This document shows positions 29,034 to 38,324 of a stretch of DNA of 64,000 nucleotides, one piece after another. How positions within the stretch are numbered: the first letter of the stretch is position 1; every line of letters begins with the position of its first letter. The DNA lies in contig JADKHI010000002.1 of assembly GCA_016721825.1 (NCBI GenBank), positions 105,424-169,423 on the forward strand. The letters run 5' to 3'. Position numbers and translations under genes: made by a program. This DNA is from Flavobacteriales bacterium (lineage in GTDB: Bacteria > Bacteroidota > Bacteroidia > Flavobacteriales_F > PHOS-HE28). The notes under the pieces were generated by a model. The model saw nothing but the letters and a program-made list of their open reading frames with translations. It was not told the origin of the DNA and did not search any database.

Positions 29034-29903
29034 TCAATTCTTCACCGGCACCTGTACGGCCGTAAAGACCTTCTGCGATACCGAGTAGCTGTGGCCTTTG
29101 CTGATGATATGCACCTTCATGCCTTCAATGCTGAAGGGCTGGCCTTCCTCCACATCGGCGAAGTTGCTGTAGGTGATGTCGTGTCCGTCGAAGATCATCA
29201 CCTGGCCGCTGCCGATGGTCTCGAGCATGTCGCCGTCGGTGATCACGATGCCGGTGTCCTCACCCAGACCGATGCCGATGGCCGAAGGGTTGGCCGCCAC
29301 GGCCTGGCTCAAGCGGCTGAAACGGCCGCGTTCCACGAAGTGGCTGTCGATGATCACATCGTAGATCAAGGCCGCACCGGTGGTCATCTTCACGCCGCCC
29401 TTCACCAGTCCTGAGGCGCTGTGGCCCTGGTAGATCATGGTGCTGCTCATGCACATGGCGCCCGCACTGGTGCCTGCGATCACGAAGCCGGCCTCTTCAG
29501 CGTAGCGACGCTTCATCAGTTGCAGGAAGGCCGTACCGCCGAAGATGGTGGTGAGCCGGAGCTGGTTGCCGCCGCTCATCATCACGCCGTCGGCCTTGGC
29601 CAAGCGCTTGATCATGTCCGGTTTCACATCGCTGCGGTCCCGGATATCGAGCACGTCCACGTTGGTCACCCCCAGGCGACCGAAGGCGGCGATGTAGTTC
29701 TGGCCGACCTCTTCGGGAATGCTGCTGGCGCTGGTGATGACGGCGATGCGCCTGCTCGGCCCGCCCATTTCATCCACCACGCGGCGCAGGATACTGTCCT
29801 CGATGAAGGTGTGGTTGAATACCTTGGTGTTGTGCCCGGCTTCCGGCGTAAGGCCCTTGTCCTCGTTGCCGCCGATGGCGATCAGCTTCCCTTTCGGTGT
29901 CAT
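29034..29903 (-). CDS. cphB: cyanophycinase (S51 peptidase)
   Basis: KLIAIGGNEDK, ADGVMMSGGNQLRL, IAGTSAGAMCMS (nucleophile Ser), IDSHFVERGRFSRL. Start taken at MTPKGK (cat 29901-29903). Confidence 0.92.
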   Translation of the reverse strand: MTPKGKLIAIGGNEDKGLTPEAGHNTKVFNHTFIEDSILRRVVDEMGGPSRRIAVITSASSIPEEVGQNYIAAFGRLGVTNVDVLDIRDRSDVKPDMIKRLAKADGVMMSGGNQLRLTTIFGGTAFLQLMKRRYAEEAGFVIAGTSAGAMCMSSTMIYQGHSASGLVKGGVKMTTGAALIYDVIIDSHFVERGRFSRLSQAVAANPSAIGIGLGEDTGIVITDGDMLETIGSGQVMIFDGHDITYSNFADVEEGQPFSIEGMKVHIISKGHSYSVSQKVFTAVQVPVKN

Positions 29904-30154
29904 GTAGCTTGGTTGATCCCCCGCCCCCATGCTTGGTGCTCGCTTCCGTGCTCCGTCCGCATTGCAATGCTGGAACGGGGAATTGACGGGACGATGGGAA
30001 CGACAGGTTCCCCCCAAGGCCATGCGAAAATAGAGGGATCCTTTCCGGTAGGTAAAGTGTGCAGGAAGTTTTGTTGAACATCGGCCTGTCCCTAACTTCC
30101 CCGCCACCGTCCTGCTTACCCACCTGAACGGCGGTCCCACCAAGCCTAGAACCC

Positions 30155-32818
30155 ATGCGGATCCTCGAACTGAAAGCCATGCGCGGCCCGAACTATTGGT
30201 CCGTGCGCCGCCACCACCTCATTGTGATGCGCCTCGACATCGAGGGACTGGAGCAACAGCCTACCGACAAGATCCCCGGATTCTATGAGCGGATCCAGGA
30301 GCTTTTGCCCAGCATGTACAGCCACCGATGCAGCGAAGATCATGAGGGCGGTTTCTTCGAGCGGGTGAAGCGCGGCACATGGATGGGCCACGTGATCGAG
30401 CACATCGCGCTGGAGATCCAGACGTTGGCAGGCATGGAAACGGGCTTCGGGCGCACCCGCAGCACGCGTGATGTCGGTGTGTACAACGTGGTGTTCAGCT
30501 ACATCGAAGAGCCGGTGGGCATGTTCGCCGCCAAGGCCGCCATACGCATTGCGGAGGCCTTGATCAGTGGGGAGAAGTACGATCTGCAGGACGACATCCA
30601 GAAGATGCGCGAACTGCGCGAGGACAGCCGTCTAGGACCCAGCACCGCCAGCATCGTGCACGAGGCCGTGGGCCGCGGCATTCCCTACCTGCGCCTCAAC
30701 GGCCAGAGCCTGGTGCAGTTGGGCCACGGCATCCACCAGAAGCGGATCCGCGCCACCATCACCAGCAAGACCAGCAACATCGGCGTGGAGATCGCCTGCG
30801 ACAAGGAAGAGACCAAGCAGCTGCTCGAGAGCTATGAGATCCCCGTGCCGAAAGGGCGCGTGGTGCGTAGTGAAGAAGGCCTTGAGGCCGCCATCGATTC
30901 CGTGGGCTATCCCTGTGTGATCAAGCCGATCGGCGGTAACCACGGACGCGGTGCCACCATCGGCATCAAGACGCTCGAAGAGGCCAAGGTCGCTCTGGCC
31001 AAGGCGAAGGAGATCAGCCGCAGCGTCATCGTGGAACGCTACATCACAGGCCTGGACCATCGCCTGCTTGTGATCAACCACCGCTTCGTGGCCGGTGCCA
31101 AGCGTACCCCCGCCTGTGTGGTGGGGGATGGCAAGCACACCATCGCGCAGCTTGCCGAGGAAGTGAACAAGGACCCCCGCCGCGGCTACGGGCACGAAAA
31201 AGTGCTCACGCGCATCGACATCGATGACCATACGCTGAAGCTCATAGGGCTGAAAGGCCTGACACCGGACAGCGTGCCGAAGAAGGACGAGGTCGTTTAC
31301 TTGAAGGCAACGGCCAACCTCAGTACCGGTGGTACGGCGGACGATGTCACCGAAGTGGTGCACCCCTTCAACGTCTTCCTGGCCGAGCGCATCAGTCGCA
31401 TCATCGACCTGGACATCTGCGGTATAGACATCATGACCGACGACATCACCGTTCCGCTGAACGAGAGCGGTGGCGCGGTACTGGAGGTGAACGCAGCGCC
31501 CGGCTTCCGCATGCACCTCGACCCCACCGGTGGCCTGGGCCGAAACGTGGCCGAACCCGTGGTGGACATGCTCTTCCCGCCCGGCACACCCAGCCGCATC
31601 CCCATCATCGCCATTACCGGCACCAACGGAAAAACGACGACCACGCGCCTCACCAGCCACCTGATGCGCAGCGTGGGCTATAAGGTGGGCATGACCTGCA
31701 GCGATGGCGTCTACATCATGAACCGCCTGCTGATGACCGGCGATTGCACAGGTCCGACCAGCGCACAGTTCGTGTTGAAGGAGCCCGTGGTGGACATGGC
31801 CGTGCTGGAAACGGCGCGCGGTGGCCTGGTCCGCAGTGGTCTCGGCTTCGAGCATTGCGATGTGGCCATCGTCACCAACGTGGCCGCCGATCACCTGGGG
31901 CTGAAGGACATCCACACCCTGGAGGACCTGGCGCACGTGAAGAGCACCGTGCCCCGCAGCGTGCGACAGGACGGCTATGCCATCCTCAACGCCGACGATG
32001 AATTGGTGATGGCCATGCGCAAGCAGACCAACTGCAAGATCGCGCTCTTCAGCCTGGACGAGAACAACCGCCTGATCCGCCAGCACTGCAAGCTCGGGGG
32101 CCTTGCCGCCATCTACGAGAACGGTTTCATCACCATCAGCAAGGGCGAGTGGAAGCTCCGCATCGAGAAGGCCGCCAATGTGCCGCTGACCTACGGTGGC
32201 AAGGCCGTGTTCAACATCCAGAACGTGCTGCCCGCCGTGCTCGCCGCCTATGTGCGCGGTGTGAAGGTGGAGGAGCTACGCGAAGCGCTCATGACCTTCG
32301 TGCCTTCCGCAGCGCAAACACCCGGCCGCCTCAACCTCTTCCAGTTCAAGAAATTCCAGGTGGTGGTGGACTACGCCCACAACCCGCATGGCTTCGAGGC
32401 CCTCGGCAAGTTCCTCAGCAAGATCCCCGACAGCCCCAAGGTGGGCGTGATCGCCGGCGTCGGCGACCGTCGCGACGAGGACACCGTGAACCTCGGTCGC
32501 CTCAGCGCACAGATGTTCGACGAGATCATCATCCGCCAGGACCGCAACCTGCGTGGCAAGAGCGACGACGAGATCATCGCCCTCATGGTGAAAGGCATCA
32601 AGGAGGTGGACCCGAACAAGAAGTACACCATCATCAAGAAGGAGGACGAGGCCATCCGCCACGCCATCAGCACGGCCAAGCCCGGCAGCTTCCTTACCCT
32701 CTGCAGCGATGTGGTGCCCGATGCCCTGGCCCTCGTGCTCAAGCTCAAGGAAGAGGACGACCGCGTGCCATTCAACACCGACGACATCCCCAATAGGAAT
32801 AAGGAGTTGGTGGGGTGA
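30155..32818 (+). CDS. cphA: cyanophycin synthetase
   Basis: MRILELKAMRGPNYWS N-terminus, ATP-grasp region, Mur-ligase-like P-loop ITGTNGKTTTTRL. 887 aa. Divergent from cphB. Confidence 0.95.
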   Translation: MRILELKAMRGPNYWSVRRHHLIVMRLDIEGLEQQPTDKIPGFYERIQELLPSMYSHRCSEDHEGGFFERVKRGTWMGHVIEHIALEIQTLAGMETGFGRTRSTRDVGVYNVVFSYIEEPVGMFAAKAAIRIAEALISGEKYDLQDDIQKMRELREDSRLGPSTASIVHEAVGRGIPYLRLNGQSLVQLGHGIHQKRIRATITSKTSNIGVEIACDKEETKQLLESYEIPVPKGRVVRSEEGLEAAIDSVGYPCVIKPIGGNHGRGATIGIKTLEEAKVALAKAKEISRSVIVERYITGLDHRLLVINHRFVAGAKRTPACVVGDGKHTIAQLAEEVNKDPRRGYGHEKVLTRIDIDDHTLKLIGLKGLTPDSVPKKDEVVYLKATANLSTGGTADDVTEVVHPFNVFLAERISRIIDLDICGIDIMTDDITVPLNESGGAVLEVNAAPGFRMHLDPTGGLGRNVAEPVVDMLFPPGTPSRIPIIAITGTNGKTTTTRLTSHLMRSVGYKVGMTCSDGVYIMNRLLMTGDCTGPTSAQFVLKEPVVDMAVLETARGGLVRSGLGFEHCDVAIVTNVAADHLGLKDIHTLEDLAHVKSTVPRSVRQDGYAILNADDELVMAMRKQTNCKIALFSLDENNRLIRQHCKLGGLAAIYENGFITISKGEWKLRIEKAANVPLTYGGKAVFNIQNVLPAVLAAYVRGVKVEELREALMTFVPSAAQTPGRLNLFQFKKFQVVVDYAHNPHGFEALGKFLSKIPDSPKVGVIAGVGDRRDEDTVNLGRLSAQMFDEIIIRQDRNLRGKSDDEIIALMVKGIKEVDPNKKYTIIKKEDEAIRHAISTAKPGSFLTLCSDVVPDALALVLKLKEEDDRVPFNTDDIPNRNKELVG

Positions 32819-33285
32819 TGAATGAGGTGGGTTCCATTCCGTCTTTTCTTGGAGAGGGATTGTGTTTTGCGCTCGACGTTGATGATGGTTGGCCTCCTGT
32901 TGCGGTTGAAGAGGTCCCCCATGAGAAGGTTTCGGGTGGCTTTCGGATATTGACAGCACCATTATTCGTTCGTGACCTCTCTGTCGGCGACATCATTTTA
33001 GTGGAACGGGATGAGATGGGTTATGTCACTTCTTGGTCCCATGTGAGCCGTTCAGGTCATACGACCATTTGGTTAATGTGCTTGCAACAGACCTCCGCTA
33101 CAGCAGGTATTTTAGATGACCTACGCGAGATCGGCTGCGATACGGTGAGCGCTGCTCAACTTGGCATTTACGCGGTGGACGTGCCCCCAGCGATATCAAT
33201 GGAGCGTGTGGATGCTCTGCTTGATGGGTTGAACGAAGAGCAAGTAGCGGTCGCGTTTCCTTCTTTTCGCCATGAAGAGGTCTGA
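32818..33285 (+). CDS. DUF4265-family protein (low-GC)
   Basis: DDGWPPVAVEEV ... FRILTAPLFVRDLSVGDIILVE matches my recollection of DUF4265. The ATG shares its A with the cphA TGA (TGATG). Confidence 0.65.
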   Translation: MNEVGSIPSFLGEGLCFALDVDDGWPPVAVEEVPHEKVSGGFRILTAPLFVRDLSVGDIILVERDEMGYVTSWSHVSRSGHTTIWLMCLQQTSATAGILDDLREIGCDTVSAAQLGIYAVDVPPAISMERVDALLDGLNEEQVAVAFPSFRHEEV

Positions 33286-33293
33286 CCCCGACC

Positions 33294-33473
33294 GGCGCTC
33301 GGTTCCGCCGAGTGCCCAATAGCGATCTCGGTTTCCACGGGTTGGTGGACAAGAACGGACGCTGATGGACAGTGGCGGTCCATCGGCGTCCATCCGAGTC
33401 CATTGGTTTTGACGACTGCAACGACACGAGCATTAAGCCATAGAAAGCCGATGATCGCTAGGTTTACGCAGCC
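33294..33473 (+). repeat. leader module copy A (left arm 33294-33340, right arm 33444-33473, interrupted by palindromic element)
   Basis: Left arm ggcgctcggttccgccgagtgcccaatagcgatc and right arm aaagccgatgatcgctaggtttacgcagcc each recur at ~80% identity upstream of the next gene (33841-33942). Confidence 0.7.
33357..33391. repeat. palindromic (REP/MITE-like) element, copy A
   Basis: ggacgctgatggac / loop agtggcg / gtccatcggcgtcc: a 14-bp stem with one mismatch. Core GGACGCCGATGGAC is shared with copy B. Confidence 0.7.
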
Positions 33474-33737
33474 ATGAGCAAGGAAGTCCTTTCGGCGGTG
33501 AGCGAGGAGCTTGTGATGAGCCGTATCCATACGGTGCGCGGCCACCGGGTGATGTTGGACCGTGATCTGGCCAGACTCTACGGCGTGCCCACCAAGGCAT
33601 TGAAACAGGCCGTGCGCCGCAATAGGGAGCGCTTCCCGGAGGACTTCATGTTCGAGATGAACAAGGAAGAGCTGGAACATTGGAGGTCACAGATCGTGAC
33701 CTCCAATAGCGCGAGCGTTCAAGCTCGTGCCTATTGA
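33474..33737 (+). pseudogene. ORF6N-domain (KilA-N-related) gene remnant, C-terminally truncated
   Basis: IHTVRGHRVMLDRDLARLYGVPTKALKQAVRRNRERFPEDFMFEMNKEELEHWRSQIVTS is the ORF6N core. The usual downstream half is missing and the frame ends 23 nt before a palindromic element. Confidence 0.65.
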
Positions 33738-33759
33738 CGATCGCAGGTTCCAAGAGCGT

Positions 33760-33810
33760 ATGGACACGGATGGACGCCGATGGACCTGCACGGCGTCCAT
33801 CCGTGTCCAT
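33760..33810. repeat. palindromic (REP/MITE-like) element, copy B
   Basis: Perfect 19-bp inverted repeat atggacacggatggacgcc ... ggcgtccatccgtgtccat with a 13-nt loop. Confidence 0.8.
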
Positions 33811-33840
33811 CCATGTCCATATGTATTGAGCCCTCCGACT

Positions 33841-33942
33841 GGCGCTCGGTTCCTCCAAGTACCCAACTGCGATCATCGGTTCCATGACACCAGCCTGGCC
33901 GCTCACCCCGCGAAAGTCGATGAGCGTTAGGTTTACCAGCCC
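33841..33942 (+). repeat. leader module copy B (uninterrupted) directly upstream of the GT-C gene
   Basis: ggcgctcggttcctccaagtacccaactgcgatc ... aaagtcgatgagcgttaggtttaccagccc. Contains TAGGTTTA at 33928-33935, 7 nt before the ATG. Confidence 0.7.
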
Positions 33943-35493
33943 ATGATCCCTGATCGAAGGGAAGCAATGAAGACTCCAACGCTCGATATACGCAACGAAC
34001 GCCTGCTTCTCTGGGCCGTGTTCGGGGCATACGTGCTGCTCCTGCTCATGGCCTTGGCGAATCACGAGCTCTGGGGCGATGAGATCCACAGCTGGAACAT
34101 CGCGCGGTCCAGCCACGGCTTGATCGACCTGCTGCGGAACAGCCGCTACGAAGGGCACCCACCGCTGTGGTATGTGGTGCTCTTCAGCATCACGCGCATC
34201 ACCCACGAGCCTGAGTACATGAAGATCGCGCAGGCGGTGTTCGCCATGGCGATGGTCTTCGTGCTGCTCTTCGCGTCACCCTTCCCCTTGTTCATCCGGG
34301 TGCTGATCCCCTTCGGTTACTACTTCGCCTTTGAGTATGGCGCACTTAGCCGGAACTATGCCATCGCGCTGGTCCTGGCCTTCCTGCTCGCTTGGTTGCT
34401 GGTCAACAGGCCGCGCCAGCAAAAGGTGTGGTTCTACGTGCTCGCCTTCCTGCTCGCCAGCACGCACCTGCTGGGGCTTCTGTTGGCCCTGTCGTTCTGC
34501 GCGTACCACGCCTGGGAGGAACGGTCGGCACCGGGGAATTGGCGCCGTGCGCTGATGCATCTCGCGATCGGGGGACTCATCTGCCTACCCGCCGCCCTTC
34601 AGATCGCCCCGCCCGGTGACAGCCAATTGAATCTGCGCTTCTGGTTGGACATCTGGACCGAACGGCAATGGGACATCATCGCCCAGGCCCCGCTCAAGGC
34701 CTTCGTGCCCATGCCGGAGACCACGGATCTCCACTTCTGGAACACGAACACCCTCGTGCGACGCATCATGGAAGGCGAGCACGGGGTGGGGGTGGTGCGC
34801 TCGTGTGCGTTGCTGCTCCTGGCGTTGTGGTTCTTCCTCCTGCGGAAGGTCCGCGGCAGCGTGGTGTTCCTGGCCACCAACGTGCTGCTGACCGCAGCGG
34901 TGGCCTTCCTGTTCCCGCTAACGAGCGCGCGATACGTCGGCTTCATTTGGGTCGGTTTTCTCATCGCTAGCTGGCTCTATCTCCGGGAGCGTCCGTTGAG
35001 CCGCGTGCACCAACTCTTCCTGTCCGTGATCCTGGTGATCCACGTGATCGCGGGTGCCTTCGCCCTGAACCGGGATCGCACGCAGCCTTTTTCCAATGCA
35101 TCCAAAGTGCGCGAGCTGTACGCGCAGGTACCGGCAGGGGCCATGGTGGTCACCGATTACTGGTGCTTGAACAACCTCTCGGCTTTCCTGGACCGTCCGT
35201 TCCACTGCTTGGAGCATCGAAAGGAGCTGACGTTCCTGCGTTGGGACCAGGAACTCGCCAAGGCAACGAAGCAGCCGAACTTCTACACGAGCGGGTTGCG
35301 CGAGCTATGGCAACGCGGTGCGTTCGCAGAGGTGTACATGATCTCGGTGAACGATCCCGAGTACTTGCGATCGCGCGACAGTGAAGTGTCCGAGGCCTAC
35401 GAGCTCACGCTGCTGGACCGGCATGAGGGCGCTATCGAGGGACACAGCAACGTGTACCTGTACCGGATCCGGGCGCGCGCAGAGGACAAGTGA
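33943..35493 (+). CDS. polytopic membrane glycosyltransferase-like protein (GT-C fold, ArnT/PMT-like)
   Basis: About 10 predicted TM helices. First-loop motif HELWGDEIHSWNIARS ... YEGHPPLWY resembles GT39/GT83-type enzymes. Confidence 0.55.
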   Translation: MIPDRREAMKTPTLDIRNERLLLWAVFGAYVLLLLMALANHELWGDEIHSWNIARSSHGLIDLLRNSRYEGHPPLWYVVLFSITRITHEPEYMKIAQAVFAMAMVFVLLFASPFPLFIRVLIPFGYYFAFEYGALSRNYAIALVLAFLLAWLLVNRPRQQKVWFYVLAFLLASTHLLGLLLALSFCAYHAWEERSAPGNWRRALMHLAIGGLICLPAALQIAPPGDSQLNLRFWLDIWTERQWDIIAQAPLKAFVPMPETTDLHFWNTNTLVRRIMEGEHGVGVVRSCALLLLALWFFLLRKVRGSVVFLATNVLLTAAVAFLFPLTSARYVGFIWVGFLIASWLYLRERPLSRVHQLFLSVILVIHVIAGAFALNRDRTQPFSNASKVRELYAQVPAGAMVVTDYWCLNNLSAFLDRPFHCLEHRKELTFLRWDQELAKATKQPNFYTSGLRELWQRGAFAEVYMISVNDPEYLRSRDSEVSEAYELTLLDRHEGAIEGHSNVYLYRIRARAEDK

Positions 35494-35556
35494 ACTCTGA
35501 AGCTTACGGTCCAATGCACCAAGGTCCTTGCTGAGACCGTGGGACTCTGGCGCTTC

Positions 35557-36123
35557 TCAGAAGCTCGGCGTCCCGGTCACCCTCAGCATGTTGTCATGCA
35601 CGGTATAGGACATCTTCCCCATGTACCGCCGCCGGAAGTGGATGAAGGGAAAGCGCTTCGAGACGTAGAGCTTGTGGTAGCGGTGTCGCTTGGGGGCCTT
35701 TGGCGCTTGGTCCAGCGGGCAGATTCCCGCGAAATCCTTCGACTTGATGCCGGGGATGGCCTCCGTGGGCATGTGCTCCGGGGCAATGGTCGGTCGTGGA
35801 CTGGTCGGGCGTGCAGGATCCGTCTGTTCGGTGGGCACGGTCGGTGCTGACTGTGCGTGGACGGTGATGGCGCCCAGAGCCAGCCCTGCGGCCAGCAAGC
35901 CACGCTTCGCACTGAGCAGGTCCACCAAGGGGATAAGCTCCGGCTCCAAGTGTTCGGGGAGGTAGACCCCACAGGCCTCCGGATGCTGCTGCTTATAAGC
36001 CACAACGGCAGCCCTGTCCCAGCCGCTGAAGTCGATGACGGCATGCTGGCACTTCGAGCAAAAGCGTCCATCCATGACAGGTCGCATGGCGTTCCAGTTC
36101 TCGCTACAGGCTCCGGCGTTCAT
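35557..36123 (-). CDS. hypothetical protein with N-terminal Cys motif, TM segment and Pro-rich linker
   Basis: CSENWNAMRPVMDGRFCSKCQHAVIDF, then LLAAGLALGAITVHAQ, a Pro/Thr-rich stretch and a basic C-terminus. Confidence 0.5.
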   Translation of the reverse strand: MNAGACSENWNAMRPVMDGRFCSKCQHAVIDFSGWDRAAVVAYKQQHPEACGVYLPEHLEPELIPLVDLLSAKRGLLAAGLALGAITVHAQSAPTVPTEQTDPARPTSPRPTIAPEHMPTEAIPGIKSKDFAGICPLDQAPKAPKRHRYHKLYVSKRFPFIHFRRRYMGKMSYTVHDNMLRVTGTPSF

Positions 36124-36171
36124 CGGCGTCGTTTCCTAGAAGACGCGAGTCGGGCCGGAACGCTGCCTGCC

Positions 36172-36199
36172 AACGAAAAGACCCCGCCGAAGCGGGGTC
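36172..36199 (-). terminator. intrinsic terminator after rplS
   Basis: 8-bp GC stem gaccccgc/gcggggtc (36180-36187 / 36192-36199) with loop cgaa. On the minus strand it is followed by cuuuucguu. Confidence 0.8.
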
Positions 36200-36223
36200 T
36201 CTCTGAGTTCACTAGGAGAGGTC

Positions 36224-36598
36224 TTACTTGGCCTTGGCCACTTGAGGTACCACTTGGCGCTTCTCCTGGATACGGGCGCTCTTACCGCGCAGGCCGCGCA
36301 GGTAGAAGATGCGGGCGCGACGAACGCTACCACGCTTGTTCACCTCGATCTGGTCGATGAAAGGGGAGGCGATCGGGAAGATGCGCTCCACCCCGATGTT
36401 GTTGCTGATCTTCCGAACGGTGAAGGTGGCGGTGCTGCCGCTGCCTTTGCGCTGGATCACCACACCCTGGAACATCTGGATACGCTCCTTGTTGCCCTCG
36501 GTGATCTTGTAGTGAACGGTCACGGTATCACCGGCCTTGAAGTCGGCGTATTGCTTCACCGGGGACCATTCCTTCTCGAGTTGCTTGATCATATCCAT
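36224..36598 (-). CDS. rplS: 50S ribosomal protein L19
   Basis: [33 protein letters not shown] ... RRARIFYLR. Confidence 0.95.
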   Translation of the reverse strand: MDMIKQLEKEWSPVKQYADFKAGDTVTVHYKITEGNKERIQMFQGVVIQRKGSGSTATFTVRKISNNIGVERIFPIASPFIDQIEVNKRGSVRRARIFYLRGLRGKSARIQEKRQVVPQVAKAK

Positions 36599-36675
36599 GA
36601 CGCTCAGTGCTTTACGTGCATATTGCCCTTGGAAGGGGCCGCAATATTAGTGAATCTTCCCTGAATCCGGAAGGC

Positions 36676-37386
36676 TTAGCCCTCCCCAAAGCTATCCACA
36701 CCCTCCTGTGCAGGACCGGGCAGGTCGGGACGGCGTTCGCGGGTACGTTGGATGGCCTGTTCATAGCGCCAAGCATCGATGCGGGCCTCGTGGCCGCTCA
36801 GCAGCACTTCCGGGATGCCCCAACCCTTGTAGTCCGCGGGGCGGGTGTAGACGGGGGGGGCCACCAGTCCATCCTGGAAGCTGTCGCTGAGGGCGCTGGT
36901 CTCGTCGCTCAACACTCCGGGCAACAGCCGGATCAGGGCGTCGCTGAGCACGGCGGCGGGCAGTTCACCCCCGCTGAGCACGAAGTTGCCGATGCTGATC
37001 TCCCGGGTGATGAGGTGCTCGCGCACACGTTCGTCCACGCCCTTGTAATGGCCGCAGAGGATGATCAAGTTGCGTAAGCGGCTCATGCGGTTGGCCAGGG
37101 GCTGGTCCAGCAGTTCCCCGTCCGGGCTCATGTAGATCACCTCGTCGTAGCTGCGTTCGCCCTTCAACTTGGTGATCAGGCGGTCGATCGGTTCGATCTG
37201 CATCACCATACCGGCACCTCCCCCAAAGGCGTAGTCGTCCACGCGACGGTGCTTGTCGGTGCTGTATTCGCGAATGTCGTGTACCACCACTTCCGCCAGC
37301 CCTTTCTGTTGGGCGCGCTGCAGAATGCTCTCCCCGAAGTAGCTATCGAGAACGCGGGGGACCACGGAAAGGATGTCGATACGCAT
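36676..37386 (-). CDS. trmD: tRNA (guanine37-N1)-methyltransferase
   Basis: [10 protein letters not shown]..., [41 protein letters not shown]. Start taken at the ATG at 37386, not the ORF-track start at 37674. Confidence 0.93.
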   Translation of the reverse strand: MRIDILSVVPRVLDSYFGESILQRAQQKGLAEVVVHDIREYSTDKHRRVDDYAFGGGAGMVMQIEPIDRLITKLKGERSYDEVIYMSPDGELLDQPLANRMSRLRNLIILCGHYKGVDERVREHLITREISIGNFVLSGGELPAAVLSDALIRLLPGVLSDETSALSDSFQDGLVAPPVYTRPADYKGWGIPEVLLSGHEARIDAWRYEQAIQRTRERRPDLPGPAQEGVDSFGEG

Positions 37387-37542
37387 GGGTTGGGCCGCGG
37401 TCGTTGGTGGAGGACGGTGGCCGCGAAGTTCGGTGGAAGGCCGGCTTCGAAGGGTGGGGAAGTGGGCCACAGCACCTTTCAATTTCCTACTTCGGTTAAC
37501 TTTCGGCATCCAGTTTGCCAACAAGCCCGTAGAAGCACAACA

Positions 37543-38274
37543 ATGAAACACTTCCTTACGCTCGGCCTGGTGGCCACTTTGAGCCTCCCCACCTTCGCCC
37601 AGAAGCACGTCTACGAAGACCTGCTGGTGAAATTCGTGGATGAGAAATACGAGGACGTCCTGGCCAAGGCCCAAGGCTACGTCGACAACGACGAGACCAA
37701 GAAGGACCCTCTGCCATATCTGTACATCTCCATGAGCCTCTACGAGATGAGCAAGATCGAGAAGTTCAGGGCCATGGAAGAGTACAAGAAGTGCGACAAG
37801 GACGCGCTGAAGTGGGCTGAGAAGTATCGCAAGAAGGACAAGAACAAGGAGTTCTTCGACAACTACGCCGACTTCTGGAGCGATCTGAACACCATGGCGG
37901 GCGAGTCCGGCGTGAACTTCTACGAGGAGGGCGCCAAGGGCTACAGCAAGGCCAAGCAGACCTTCGACGCCATGACCGGCTACTATCCTGAGAACCCCGG
38001 CCCATGGTTGATGCTGGCGCTCTGCCAGTACAACACCAACCTGGCCAAGGAAGGCGAGCTCAGCATGAAGAGCTTCCAGACCGCCATGACCAATGCTGGC
38101 GATATCAGCGCGCTTCCGGAGGACCAGAAGAAACTACTGAAGGCGGCCATGATGCACTATGCCACCTACAAGGATACCAAGGGTGACAAGAGCGCTGGCA
38201 AGGCCATCCTCGACCAGGGCAAGGATGCCTTCATCGCCGACGCCGATTTCAAGACCTTCTACGAGGGCTACTGA
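37543..38274 (+). CDS. secreted hypothetical protein (helical, Lys/Glu-rich)
   Basis: Signal peptide [20 protein letters not shown]. Internal ATG at 37543 chosen. No family recognised. Confidence 0.6.
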   Translation: MKHFLTLGLVATLSLPTFAQKHVYEDLLVKFVDEKYEDVLAKAQGYVDNDETKKDPLPYLYISMSLYEMSKIEKFRAMEEYKKCDKDALKWAEKYRKKDKNKEFFDNYADFWSDLNTMAGESGVNFYEEGAKGYSKAKQTFDAMTGYYPENPGPWLMLALCQYNTNLAKEGELSMKSFQTAMTNAGDISALPEDQKKLLKAAMMHYATYKDTKGDKSAGKAILDQGKDAFIADADFKTFYEGY

Positions 38275-38297
38275 ACGAGCTTGACCAACTTCAGCGA

Positions 38298-38324
38298 GCG
38301 GCCCTACGGGGCCGCTTCGTTTTT
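38298..38324 (+). terminator. intrinsic terminator after 37543..38274 (overlaps the 3' end of the convergent transporter gene)
   Basis: Stem gcggccc/gggccgc (38298-38304 / 38309-38315), loop tacg, then ttcgttttt. Confidence 0.7.

Noticed and set aside
33098-34030. ORFs 33098..33433 (-), 33168..33680 (-), 33727..33930 (+), 33731..34030 (-), with MDSDGRRW / MDTDGRRW / IRVHPC peptides.
   Set aside because: They are translations of the palindromic tggac/gtcca elements and of antisense strands. They overlap better-supported features.
36676-37674. N-terminal 96-codon extension of trmD in the ORF track, plus similar upstream extensions of the ORFs containing rimO, guaA, tpiA, folP, cphB, the LysM protein and the DoxX protein.
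   Set aside because: The conserved family N-termini begin at internal ATG/GTG codons. The extensions overlap neighbouring genes or promoter regions.
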